The notes: generated by a model not told the origin, from the sequence alone. Counted from the stretch's first letter, positions 16,645 through 25,734 are shown. The stretch: 64,000 nucleotides of DNA from Myxococcota bacterium (GCA_036229005.1 JAZAMN010000003.1:8202-72201), one strand, 5' to 3'. Numbers and translations are program-made.

Positions 16645-16952
16645 TGTCCATCTCCGCCATCTCCGCGGGCTTCCCCCAGATCTCCCAGGTCCCTGGGGCC
16701 CAGGCGCCGGCAAAGAACACCGCCGTCCAGGGCGCCAGCGACTTCGAGAACTCGCTGCAGTCCATGTTGGAGCAGGTGGACGGGGCCCAGCACCAGGGCG
16801 ACGTGGCCCTCCAGGATCTGGCCGCCGGCGACGCGGGGATCCACGAGACCATGATCGCCTTGACTCAAGCCGACATCACCTTGCAGGCTGCGTCGACGGC
16901 GCGAAACAAGGTGGTGTCCGCCTACGAGACCATCATGAATATGGCCATCTGA
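16644..16952 (+). CDS. fliE: flagellar hook-basal body protein FliE
   Basis: 102 aa, TGATG overlap with flgC. C-terminus IHETMIALTQADITLQAASTARNKVVSAYETIMNMAI is the FliE pattern. Confidence 0.85.
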   Translation: MSISAISAGFPQISQVPGAQAPAKNTAVQGASDFENSLQSMLEQVDGAQHQGDVALQDLAAGDAGIHETMIALTQADITLQAASTARNKVVSAYETIMNMAI

Positions 16953-17100
16953 GGCCTCGACGGTGGACTCTCGCGCTGAAGGGGTGCGGGAGGCCAGCCA
17001 TCCCAGGAGGTGGGGGACAGGGTCTTTACCGCCAAGGACCTTCGCAACCCCCCAGGCTTGGTGCACTCTACCTGCAGATCAATTGCAACTCAGAGGCCCG

Positions 17101-18225
17101 ATGACCCTCCTGCTCCTCTCCTTTATCGCCTGTACCGAAGAGACCCCCGACCAGACCGCGGGGCTCGCTGTCTTGGGCACCGCCGATGCGGACGCGCCCG
17201 AGAGCGTTCAGATGCGGGTCATCCTTACCGCCGATGACGGCCTGGACGTCCCCCGGGACCTGGAGTTCAACCCCGAGGTCGCCGGCGAGCTGTGGGTGGT
17301 GAACTTCGCCGATGACAGCGTGACCGTCGCGAACGACGCGGGCACCGACAGCCAGGTCTCCGAGCACCTGATCGACCCCTACGCCCTGCACTTCATGGAG
17401 AAGGTCAGCTCCATCTCCTTCGGCGCGCCGGGGACCTTCGGCACCTGCCAGGAGAGCCGGAACACCTACAACGACCGCTACGAGCCCAACGACTTCATGG
17501 GCCCGGCTCTGTGGTCCAGCGACCGCGCGGTGTTCGCCGAGTCCAACCCCGAGGCGGTGGACTACCTCAGCGAGCTCTACAACAGCCCCGTCGACCTGGG
17601 CAGCCACCTGGACATGCAGCACGAGACCCCGCTGTGCACCGGCATCGCCTGGGAGACGGACAACGTCTACTGGACCGTGGACGGCCTGAACGGCTCCATC
17701 GACCGCGTGGACTTCGGCGAGGACCACGGGCCCGGCTACGACGACCACTCCGACGGCATCACCGCGGAGTACGTGGCCGGTGAGATCGGCTACGTCGAGG
17801 ACGTCTCCTCCCACATGGTCCTGGACAGCGAGTCTGGCTGGCTCTACCTGACCGACCCCGCCAACCAGCGCATCCTGCGCCTGGACATCACCACCGGCAC
17901 CCGCGGGGCCGACCTGCCCATCATGGAGCCCGGAACCGACCACTACCAGGTCGACGACGCGGTCCTGGAGGTCTTCGTGGACAGCGACCGCGGCCTGGGG
18001 CAGCCCTCGGGTCTGGCGCTCGTGGACGGCGTGCTCTTTGTCACCGACCACGCCACGGGCTGGATCTTCGCCTACGAGACGGAGACCGGCGACTTCCTGG
18101 ACGGGCTGGACACCGGGCGTGGCAGCGGCGCGATCCAGGGCCTGCGCGCCCCCACCATCGACGAGCTGTGGGTCGTGGACTCCGCCGCCAACGAGGTCTT
18201 CCTCATCACCCCCAAGGAGGGCTGA
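17101..18225 (+). CDS. hypothetical lipoprotein, possibly beta-propeller-like
   Basis: MTLLLLSFIAC lipobox with Cys at residue 11. Asp/Gly-rich protein with repeated W-x-V/L-x-D segments (ELWVVNFADDSV, WLYLTDPANQRIL, VLFVTDHATGWIF, ELWVVDSAANEVF). Confidence 0.55.
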   Translation: MTLLLLSFIACTEETPDQTAGLAVLGTADADAPESVQMRVILTADDGLDVPRDLEFNPEVAGELWVVNFADDSVTVANDAGTDSQVSEHLIDPYALHFMEKVSSISFGAPGTFGTCQESRNTYNDRYEPNDFMGPALWSSDRAVFAESNPEAVDYLSELYNSPVDLGSHLDMQHETPLCTGIAWETDNVYWTVDGLNGSIDRVDFGEDHGPGYDDHSDGITAEYVAGEIGYVEDVSSHMVLDSESGWLYLTDPANQRILRLDITTGTRGADLPIMEPGTDHYQVDDAVLEVFVDSDRGLGQPSGLALVDGVLFVTDHATGWIFAYETETGDFLDGLDTGRGSGAIQGLRAPTIDELWVVDSAANEVFLITPKEG

Positions 18226-18632
18226 TGCTCCTGCTCATGGCCCTGCTGGGCTGCGAAGACGACATGGAGATGGCGTCCTCCCCTTGCGACGAGGAGGCCC
18301 GCGCGGGCGCTCTGGAGGTCGGCGATAGCTTCTCGGGCGACGCGGTGACCCTCACGCTGCTCAGCGCCGATCCCGCCGTGGTGTCGGTGGGGGAGAATCG
18401 CTGGGAGCTGGAGCTGGACCCCGCTCAGAGTGAGGACTGCACCGTCCAGGTCACCCCGTGGATGCCGGACCATGGTCACGGATCCTCCGTCGGCGAGGTC
18501 ACCTTCAGCCCGACCTCGCTGGAGGTCGAGGATCTGGAGCTGTCCATGGGCGGCTACTGGGAGATCGAGGTGAGCCTGCAGTGCGCGGACACCGAGGATC
18601 TGGTCCTCATCCCCCTCTGCGTCGACGCCTGA
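18225..18632 (+). CDS. hypothetical small lipoprotein (His-rich PWMPDHGHG motif)
   Basis: TGATG overlap with the upstream gene; AGGAGG 5 nt upstream. MLLLMALLGC lipobox. Beta-rich 135-aa protein with a possible metal-binding motif. Confidence 0.5.
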   Translation: MLLLMALLGCEDDMEMASSPCDEEARAGALEVGDSFSGDAVTLTLLSADPAVVSVGENRWELELDPAQSEDCTVQVTPWMPDHGHGSSVGEVTFSPTSLEVEDLELSMGGYWEIEVSLQCADTEDLVLIPLCVDA

Positions 18633-18647
18633 GCGCCGCCGGGGCCG

Positions 18648-19922
18648 CTACTCCGACAGCGCCCCCACGCAGGCATCGCCGCTCTCCCAGGTGAGGGCGG
18701 TGCTGGCCAGCTCGAAGGTGGGGACCTCGGCGCGCAGGCTGGGGTCCAGGCGCCCGGCCTCGATGTGGTGGTCCAGCAGGTCCAGCCCCAGGGGGCGCAG
18801 CAGCACGCGCATCTGCACGCGGTCCGGGTCCACGCCGGGCATCTCCAGGGTCCAGGTGCGGCTGTGGGGGCCCAGGGGGAGGGGAGCGACGGGCAGCGCG
18901 CGCTCTTCCAGGAAGGCAGCGTCGGAGATCCCGTGGGCCGGCTCGCCGTCCGCGGTGGTGGCGAGGTCGTGGAGCTCGATGCGCTGGGCCTCCGGGAGCG
19001 CGCTCAGGGCGACGCCGTCGGGCACCACGCCGCTCTCGAACACGACGCTGTCTCCGGAGTACGCGACCAGCTCGACCCACACGCGGCGGTCGTGGCTGGC
19101 GCCGCTGGGGAAGTCGTGGCCGGCCAGCAGGTTCTCCAGGCTCACCCGCGCCTGGCTGCCCCCCGCGGCGGGGCTCACGCAGAGCTCGGCGGCCAGGGTC
19201 TTGTCGAGCTGGGCCTGGATGGCCTCCCGCTGCACGTCGCGGCCGGGCCAGTCGATCAAGGCCACGTCGATCGCCGGCATGCTGTGGTCGTGGACGCGGC
19301 GCTCGGGGGCCCCGTCGACCTCCGCCACGAGGCCGCTGCGCGAGGGCAGGTGGCAGTGGACGCAGCCCTGGCGGGAGCGACCCTCGGCGAAGATGCTGCC
19401 CTGCCACTCCAGGTAGCTGCGCTCCAGGTGCAGGCCGTCGGGGAGCATGACGTCGTGGCAGCTCCCGCACATGGCGCTGCTCTCGTCGGCGTTCCGGTCC
19501 AGCAGGGCGCTGTAGCGGCTGCGGTGCACGCTGGAGTCCAGGGGGTCCTCCAGGGCGCCGCGCATCCAGCCGTCAAAGGACCAGGTGAGCGCGGCGTTGT
19601 TGTCTCCGGTGACGGCCTCGATCTGGTGGCAGAACGCGCAGCCCACGCCGCGGTGCTCGGCGGGGACCTCGTCCAGGTTCAGGCCGTCCTGGGTCTCTCC
19701 CAGGGCCAGGGCCACCGGCGCGTGACACTGCACGCAGAAATCCTCGGGGACCTCGCCAGAGGCGACCGCGCGGGCGTTCAGGGCCCGGAACACGGGGTCG
19801 TCGGCGGCGTGGGCGTGCATGCTTCCTTCCCACTCGCTGTGGTGGGCGGGGTGGCACTCGGCGCAGGTCTGCGGGTCCAGCAGCGCGGTGTCTGGCTGGG
19901 TGTCGCAGGCCAGCAGGAGCAT
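18648..19922 (-). CDS. multihaem c-type cytochrome lipoprotein (five CxxCH motifs)
   Basis: MLLLAC lipobox. Haem-binding motifs CAECH, CVQCH, CAFCH, CGSCH and CVHCH. The rest of the 986-aa ORF-track entry (18648..21608) is a read-through artefact. Confidence 0.75.
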   Translation of the reverse strand: MLLLACDTQPDTALLDPQTCAECHPAHHSEWEGSMHAHAADDPVFRALNARAVASGEVPEDFCVQCHAPVALALGETQDGLNLDEVPAEHRGVGCAFCHQIEAVTGDNNAALTWSFDGWMRGALEDPLDSSVHRSRYSALLDRNADESSAMCGSCHDVMLPDGLHLERSYLEWQGSIFAEGRSRQGCVHCHLPSRSGLVAEVDGAPERRVHDHSMPAIDVALIDWPGRDVQREAIQAQLDKTLAAELCVSPAAGGSQARVSLENLLAGHDFPSGASHDRRVWVELVAYSGDSVVFESGVVPDGVALSALPEAQRIELHDLATTADGEPAHGISDAAFLEERALPVAPLPLGPHSRTWTLEMPGVDPDRVQMRVLLRPLGLDLLDHHIEAGRLDPSLRAEVPTFELASTALTWESGDACVGALSE

Positions 19923-21151
19923 CAGCACGGGGCGCCCCTCCGGCGCATCAGCAGCAGCAGGAAGGGGAGGGGACCGAGCCACCAGAGCTCGCTTGGCCCA
20001 CCGCCACAGCCCCCGCAGCCCTCGGGCCCCTCTGCACCCGTGTCCACCGGCGAGGCACTGTCGCCCGTGTCCGGAGCCAGGGGCTGGGGCAGGTTGACCA
20101 GCTCCCAGAGCGGCTCGCAGATCACGGCCTGGTCGCTGTCGGCGGGGCAGCTCAGGGGGGCCTGAATCTCGTAGGGCTCCAGCAGGACGCCCAGCTCGGC
20201 GCCGGGGGTGTAGCTGTGGAGCAGCGCGCCGTTGATCAGCGCGGAGCCGGCCAGGGTGAGCTGCGCGTCGTCGGTGGGGGCGGCCAGGGCCAGGCTGGCG
20301 GGGGCGTCCTCCAGCTCGGTGAAGGCCTCGCCGTCCAGGCGGTAGAGCGCGCCGAAGGCCTCCTGGGCCCAGACCTGGCCCTGCGCGTCCACGTAGACGT
20401 CCGCGAGGGTGCCGCCGACCGTCAGCAGGGGCGTGGCGTTGCCCTCCAGATCGCTGCGCAGGAGCACGTGCCCTCCGGGGGCGGAGACCGCGACCCAGAC
20501 CTGTTCGCCGTCCACGGCCAGGACCTTCGCGACCAGAGGGTCCTCTTCCGCCCACTCGGACAGGTCCAGGGTGACCTCGTTCCAGCTCAGGCCTTGATCC
20601 TGGCTGGTGTGCAGGCGGGCATCCTCGGGGGTGAGGAGATCGATGCTGACGCAGGCCAGGGTCTGCTCGTCCCCGACGACCCGGAGGGCGGTGCGGCCCA
20701 CGCCCAGCTCGGCGACTTGCGAGAAGCTCAAGGCCCCGTCGCTGCTGCGGAAGAGCGCGGCGGATTCGTCCTGGGACTCCGGGGCGGTCACGGCCAGGGC
20801 GATCGTGTCGTCGACCCACAGGCTGTCGCTGACGATCTGCCCATCCAGGCCGCTGACGGCGGTCCAGGTGCAGAGATCGGCGCTGCGGTAGAGGGTGTGC
20901 TGAGCGCTGCGGGCCTGGGCGCTGGCGGGGACGGCCCCCAGGACCACGCCGCTGGGGCTGCTGGAATAGCGGGGGGTCAACAGGGCATCTGAGGTCGTGA
21001 TGGCCTCGTGGCAGACCCAGCGCCAGCCGGCCTCTGCGCGGTGGACCAGGCCGAAGCTGGCCTCGACGGTGTCGGGGTTGTCGACGTCGATGGCGTTGAT
21101 CTCGCCGCCGGCGTGGGGCCAGGCCAGGGAGCTGAGCAGTGCAGGGAGCAT
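19922..21151 (-). CDS. secreted BNR/Asp-box beta-propeller-like protein with a MYXO-CTERM-type sorting tail
   Basis: Signal MLPALLSSLAWPHAGG. Asp-box-like SSDGALSFSQV and SQDQGLSWNEV. C-terminus GCGGCGGGPSELWWLGPLPFLLLLMRRRGAPC has a Cys motif, a TM segment and an Arg cluster. TGATG overlap with the cytochrome gene. Confidence 0.7.
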   Translation of the reverse strand: MLPALLSSLAWPHAGGEINAIDVDNPDTVEASFGLVHRAEAGWRWVCHEAITTSDALLTPRYSSSPSGVVLGAVPASAQARSAQHTLYRSADLCTWTAVSGLDGQIVSDSLWVDDTIALAVTAPESQDESAALFRSSDGALSFSQVAELGVGRTALRVVGDEQTLACVSIDLLTPEDARLHTSQDQGLSWNEVTLDLSEWAEEDPLVAKVLAVDGEQVWVAVSAPGGHVLLRSDLEGNATPLLTVGGTLADVYVDAQGQVWAQEAFGALYRLDGEAFTELEDAPASLALAAPTDDAQLTLAGSALINGALLHSYTPGAELGVLLEPYEIQAPLSCPADSDQAVICEPLWELVNLPQPLAPDTGDSASPVDTGAEGPEGCGGCGGGPSELWWLGPLPFLLLLMRRRGAPC

Positions 21152-21252
21152 GAGACCGTATAGCCGCAGCGTGGAGGGTGGGTGCCATTGTGGCGTCAGG
21201 GATGGCGCGCAGCAGCCCAAGCCCATAGGGGCGCCGCTTGCCAGGACCCCCC

Positions 21253-23064
21253 ATGCCCGAAAGCACCGACAACGCCCCCGAGACCGAAGAGCGCCTCGCC
21301 TTTGAGGCCCTGGGGCTCGCCCCCTCGCTCCAGGAGGCCGTCGCGCACCTGGGGTTCACCCACTGCACTCCCATCCAGGCCGCCGGCATCCCGCCGCTGC
21401 TGGAGGGCCGCAGCACCATCGGTCGGGCCCGCACCGGCTCCGGCAAGACCGCCGCTTTCGGCCTGCCGCTGCTCAACCTGGCGCTGCTGGATGAGGGGGA
21501 CCGCCGTGGCCGCCCGCCCGTGGGCCTGGTGCTCGCCCCCACGCGCGAGCTGGCGCTGCAGGTGCACACCGCTCTGGAGTCCTTCGCCCGGGGCTCCGAC
21601 CTGCGCATCCTGGCCGTCTACGGCGGCTCGGCGTACAGCCCGCAGCTCCGCGCGCTCAAGCGGGGGGTGGAGATCGTGGTCGGCACGCCCGGCCGCCTGC
21701 TGGACCTGATGGAGAAGGGGGCCCTGGACCTGTCCGAGCTGCAGATGCTGGTGCTGGACGAGGCCGACGAGATGCTGCGCATGGGCTTCATCGAGGACGT
21801 GGAGCAGGTGTTCGAGGCCGCGCCCGATGGCGTCCAGGCCGCCCTTTTCTCCGCGACCATGCCCGGCCCCATCGCGCGCATCGCCAAGGCCCACATGCAG
21901 GAGCCCCTGGTGGTGCAGGTGGAGTCCGGTGACGTGGAGGCCGGCCACATCCGCCAGCTCTGGATGAAGGTGCCCCAGAAGCACAAGCTGGAGGCCCTGC
22001 TGCGCTTCTTCCGCAGCGAGGAGATGCAGAGCGTGCTGGTGTTCGCCCGCACGCGCCTGGGCTGCGCCGAGGTCGCCCAGGCCCTGGCCCAGCGCGGCTT
22101 CTCCGCCGAGGAGCTGCACGGTGACCTGAGCCAGGCCGCCCGTGAGCGGGTGCTCGAGCGCCTGCGGAACCAGCACGTGCGGGTGGTGGTCGCCACCGAC
22201 GTGGCCGCGCGCGGCATCGACGTGGCGCACATCTCCCACGTCATCAACCTGGACCTGCCCATGGAGCGGGCCAGCTACGTGCACCGCATCGGGCGCACGG
22301 GCCGCGCGGGCCGCGAGGGCACCGCCATGAGCCTGGTCACCCCGCGGGAGATCCGGCGCCTGCGGGACATCGAGCGCCACCTGGGCGTCGAGATCGAGCA
22401 GGTGGAGGTCCCCTCCGACGCGCAGATCCAGCAGCGCCAGCACGCCATCCTGCAGGCCCTGCTCAGCGAGCGCATCGCCCAGCCCAACCCCGACGCCTTC
22501 GCCATGCTGGAGACCCTGGAGGAGCAGGGGATGCACGCCAAGGCCGTCGCGGCCGCTGCGCTGGACTGGCTGGCGGAGAAGCAAGGCCTGGAGCTGGCGG
22601 GCACCGGCGAGGACCTGCCCCCTGCCTGGGCCCGGGAGAAGCGGCGCAGCAAGCCCACCCGCGAGGCCCGCGTGGCCGGCGGGAAGGGCCCCAGCGGCGA
22701 CTCCGTGGAGCTCTTCCTGCCCGTGGGGCGTGACCGGGGCATCCAGCCCGGCGACCTGGTGGGCGCCCTGGCCAACGAGTGCGGCGTGCCCGGTGACCAG
22801 ATCGGCCGAATCACCGTGGTCCAGCGCAAGAGCTTCGTCTCGCTGCCCCGGGAGATCGCGGAGGAGGTCCTCGCACAGAACCACCGCATCGTGCTCCGCG
22901 GCCGCCCGGTCCCGGTGCACATGGCGCGGCCCCGCGGCGAGGGTGCCCCCTTCCGGCCCAAGGGCAAGGAGGGCGGCTACCAAGGCAAGCCCGGCAAGGG
23001 CTTCCGCAAGGGTGGCCCTGGCAAGGGCAAGGGTGGCTTCAAGGCACCTCGCAAGCGGGGGTAG
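21253..23064 (+). CDS. deaD: DEAD-box ATP-dependent RNA helicase (DeaD/CsdA-like) with DbpA-type C-terminal domain and basic Gly/Lys tail
   Basis: Q-motif/Walker A GFTHCTPIQ...ARTGSGKT, then VLDEADEML, SAT, ARGIDV and HRIGRTGRAG. The tail is KGKEGGYQGKPGKGFRKGGPGKGKGGFKAPRKRG. Confidence 0.9.
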   Translation: MPESTDNAPETEERLAFEALGLAPSLQEAVAHLGFTHCTPIQAAGIPPLLEGRSTIGRARTGSGKTAAFGLPLLNLALLDEGDRRGRPPVGLVLAPTRELALQVHTALESFARGSDLRILAVYGGSAYSPQLRALKRGVEIVVGTPGRLLDLMEKGALDLSELQMLVLDEADEMLRMGFIEDVEQVFEAAPDGVQAALFSATMPGPIARIAKAHMQEPLVVQVESGDVEAGHIRQLWMKVPQKHKLEALLRFFRSEEMQSVLVFARTRLGCAEVAQALAQRGFSAEELHGDLSQAARERVLERLRNQHVRVVVATDVAARGIDVAHISHVINLDLPMERASYVHRIGRTGRAGREGTAMSLVTPREIRRLRDIERHLGVEIEQVEVPSDAQIQQRQHAILQALLSERIAQPNPDAFAMLETLEEQGMHAKAVAAAALDWLAEKQGLELAGTGEDLPPAWAREKRRSKPTREARVAGGKGPSGDSVELFLPVGRDRGIQPGDLVGALANECGVPGDQIGRITVVQRKSFVSLPREIAEEVLAQNHRIVLRGRPVPVHMARPRGEGAPFRPKGKEGGYQGKPGKGFRKGGPGKGKGGFKAPRKRG

Positions 23065-23073
23065 ACTGCGGCG

Positions 23074-23934
23074 GTGACCCGCGCCCCCGTCGTCCCCAGT
23101 GAGCTGCTGAGCGTCCTGAGCAGCCAGCCCCGCCTCCGGCTCTTCGTCGGGGCGGAGGACCCCACCCAGGTCGTCGCGAACGTGGCGGCCTTCGAGGACC
23201 GCATCGTGGTCTTCCTGCGCCCCGACACGCCCATCGTCGAGCGGCTGCTGGACGACACGCGCAGCCGGCTGGAGCTGGATGGACCCGACGGCCTGCGGGT
23301 GCGCCTCAAGGGGCGTTGCGCCGCTGGCGTCCCGGTGATGGTGGACAAGCGCAGGCGGGAGCTGCTGGCCTGGCTGGAAGAGGGGCAGGACCCCCGTCGC
23401 CTGCTGGCAGCGCCCTTCTTTGTCCACGAGATCGACTACCAGCGCCCCGCCCAGGGACCTCGCTTTCAGGGACGGACCCCGCTGCATGATGAGAGCAGCC
23501 TTTTGCGACGCTTGGTGGAGTCGCTGATCGCGAGCATCTGGCCCCTCTCCGTCTTGGGCCTGCTGCTGCACGCGGGCTTTGTGGCCTTCAAGGGGCCGGA
23601 GATGCCCCTGCGTCCGCTCGCCCTGGTCCTGGGGCTCCTGGCCCTGGTGGGCGGCCAGGTGGGGATCATGGGGCCCTACCGAAGCGCCGCGTTCAAGGCC
23701 TACCGGCGCGGTCTGTTGGGGCCGGAGCAGGCGCCGCTGTTGGTGGAGGGACGCCTCGCGCCGCGGCTGTTGGAGCAGCTCGGCTGGGTGGGCCTGGCGG
23801 TCGCCGGGCTGGCGGTCCTTGCGTCATTGGCCTGGGGCTGGGACCTCGCCGTTGTAACCTTGAGCGCGACCACCGCCTGGGCGCTGGTGCCCCTGGTCTT
23901 CCTTCGCCTCCGCGGCGAAGCCCCCAAGCGCTGA
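23074..23934 (+). CDS. hypothetical membrane protein (soluble N-terminal domain + about 4 TM segments)
   Basis: GTG start. Protein-like composition. The C-terminal half has hydrophobic stretches (IWPLSVLGLLLHAGFVAF, LALVLGLLALVGGQVGIMG, LGWVGLAVAGLAVLASLAWGW, ATTAWALVPLVFL). Confidence 0.5.
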   Translation: MTRAPVVPSELLSVLSSQPRLRLFVGAEDPTQVVANVAAFEDRIVVFLRPDTPIVERLLDDTRSRLELDGPDGLRVRLKGRCAAGVPVMVDKRRRELLAWLEEGQDPRRLLAAPFFVHEIDYQRPAQGPRFQGRTPLHDESSLLRRLVESLIASIWPLSVLGLLLHAGFVAFKGPEMPLRPLALVLGLLALVGGQVGIMGPYRSAAFKAYRRGLLGPEQAPLLVEGRLAPRLLEQLGWVGLAVAGLAVLASLAWGWDLAVVTLSATTAWALVPLVFLRLRGEAPKR

Positions 23935-23946
23935 AAGGAGCCTGTC

Positions 23947-25011
23947 TTGGAGATCTCCCTCAAGGGAACCTCCCCCGCCGCCCTCGTCGCCGGGATCCTG
24001 CTGCTGTCGCGCGCCCGGAGCTTCGGCATCCCGGGGGTGCGGGTGCAGATCGTCGGAGACCCCGACACCATCACGCCCGTGCTGGGGCCCGCCATCCTGC
24101 ACTCCAACGTGCTGGCGTCCTGCGGCGTCGGCCGGGAGGACGGTCACGGACCCCTGGTCATCGTCCCCGGGGCGGCGAACCTGCCTCTGCTGGCCTCGCT
24201 CTCGCGGGAGGGGCTGGGGCCTTGGTTCCAGCTCGACACCCAGGGCGGTGGCTGCCACCCGGCGACCCAGGCCTTCGTGCGGCTGGCCCGGGATCGACGC
24301 CCCGCTGCCCGAACGCGCTCCCGACAGCTCCGCCGCGCCCTGGCGACCCTGGGGATCCCCCCGGAGCCCGCGCTGCTCGACCTGCTCTTCGACGCGCCCG
24401 CGCCGGCCCTCACCCGCCTGGCCCTCGCTCTGCGCGCCGGTCGCAGCATGGAGGGGGACAGCTCCCAGTCGTGGCAGCGGTGGGGAGCCCACTGTCAGGG
24501 GACCCCACCCGATCCCATCGACCTCCCCGGCGGGATGGTGCTGGAGCGCTTCGCAGCCGGGGACCTGGAGCCCTGGCTGGCGCGTCTGTCGCTGGGGGCG
24601 CGCGACCAGGTGGAAGACTGGCTGGTCGGCATGTCCGAGCTCGCCGAAGCCGACGGTGGGCGCGACCATGAGCTGGTCGGGGCGCTGGCCCAGGTGGTCT
24701 CCCAGGCCCTCCTGCTCCCCCAAGGCGCCATGCTGCCGCCGCCCTCTGGCGCCGAAGACCTCATCGCCACGGGGCTCGTCCGGGCGCTGGGGGCGACCCG
24801 CGGTGAGCCAGACGCCAACCAGGCTCTGCTCCAGGTCTTCCGCTTCCTGGGCGGGCGCTTCGTGGAGCACGCCGCATACCCGGTGGACCTTGGCGCCAAC
24901 CCCGAGCCCCAGGACCGCCTGAGCCGCTGGAAGTGGTTCGTGGACTCCGTGCAGCAGGCGGCGACCCTGGCGGACAGCTTGTGGGCGGGGCTGATGGATC
25001 CCGCGAGCTGA
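23947..25011 (+). CDS. hypothetical protein (weak resemblance to a degenerate flavoprotein N-terminus)
   Basis: 354 aa. The N-terminal KGTSPAALVAGILLLSRA occupies the place of a GxGxxG dinucleotide-binding loop, but the glycines are not conserved. Stop overlaps the next gene (TGATG). Confidence 0.4.
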   Translation: MEISLKGTSPAALVAGILLLSRARSFGIPGVRVQIVGDPDTITPVLGPAILHSNVLASCGVGREDGHGPLVIVPGAANLPLLASLSREGLGPWFQLDTQGGGCHPATQAFVRLARDRRPAARTRSRQLRRALATLGIPPEPALLDLLFDAPAPALTRLALALRAGRSMEGDSSQSWQRWGAHCQGTPPDPIDLPGGMVLERFAAGDLEPWLARLSLGARDQVEDWLVGMSELAEADGGRDHELVGALAQVVSQALLLPQGAMLPPPSGAEDLIATGLVRALGATRGEPDANQALLQVFRFLGGRFVEHAAYPVDLGANPEPQDRLSRWKWFVDSVQQAATLADSLWAGLMDPAS

Positions 25012-25688
25012 TGCGCACCTCCGTCCTGCTCCCCGTGTTGGATGAGCGGCGACTGCTCCCGCAGCGGCTGGCTGAGCTGGCCACCGCGCGCCCGCATCAG
25101 GTCATCGTGATCGACGGGGGCTCCTCTGATGGGACCCAGGAGATCGCGGCTGATGGGGCCTGCGAGCTCGTGCGCTCACCGCCTGGCCGGGGGACCCAGA
25201 TCAACGCCGGAGCACGCGTGGCCACCGGCGAGGTGCTGCTGATCCTGCACGCAGACGTGCGCCTGCCCGTGGGGTGGGAGCAGCACATCTGCGCTGCCCT
25301 CGAGGATCCCAGCGTGGTCGCGGGCGCCTTCAAGACCTGGCACGTCCCCGAGAGCCGGACCCTCCTGAGCCCCCTCTTCCACCTGGCCGATCTGCGCTCG
25401 CGGGTGACCGCGCGGCCCTACGGTGATCAGGCCTTCTTCGTCCGGCGGCGTGTGTTCGAAGAGGTGGGAGGTTGCCCGGATCAACCCCTGTTCGAGGATC
25501 TGGAGCTCTCCCGGCGGGTGGCGCGGCGGGGGAAGATCCGACTGGTGGACGCCCGGGTGGAGGTCAGCGCCCGGCGCTTCCAGGCCGCCCCCCTCAAGTA
25601 CCTGCTGCTCATGAACAGCCTGCCCGGGCTCTACCGCGCCCGCGTCCCCCTCCGACTGCTGCAGCGGGTCTACGGGCAGATCCGCTGA
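25011..25688 (+). CDS. family-2 glycosyltransferase (TIGR04283-like)
   Basis: SVLLPVLDE...VIVIDGGSSDGTQEIA...GRGTQINAGARVATGEVLLILHADVRLP...YGDQAFFVRRRVFEEVGG...FEDLELSRR...VSARRF is the GT-A/GT2 pattern. Confidence 0.75.
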   Translation: MRTSVLLPVLDERRLLPQRLAELATARPHQVIVIDGGSSDGTQEIAADGACELVRSPPGRGTQINAGARVATGEVLLILHADVRLPVGWEQHICAALEDPSVVAGAFKTWHVPESRTLLSPLFHLADLRSRVTARPYGDQAFFVRRRVFEEVGGCPDQPLFEDLELSRRVARRGKIRLVDARVEVSARRFQAAPLKYLLLMNSLPGLYRARVPLRLLQRVYGQIR

Positions 25689-25706
25689 GCGAGCCGCCCC
25701 AGGGCC

Positions 25707-25734
25707 TCAACAAGCGCCGCGCGCTGACCGATGG
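25707..25734 (+). promoter_or_regulatory. candidate sigma-28-type promoter for the porin-like gene and MCP
   Basis: TCAA (25707-25710)-N16-ACCGATGG (25727-25734). Same CCGATGG core as the flagellar promoters, and it precedes a chemoreceptor operon. Confidence 0.3.

Noticed and set aside
18648-21608. 986-aa ORF-track entry suggesting one giant protein
   Set aside because: Only the last 424 codons (the cytochrome with CxxCH motifs) are protein-like. The upstream 560 codons are Arg/Pro-rich and lie out of frame over the real BNR/MYXO-CTERM gene (19922-21151). That gene ends in TGATG coupling to the cytochrome start.
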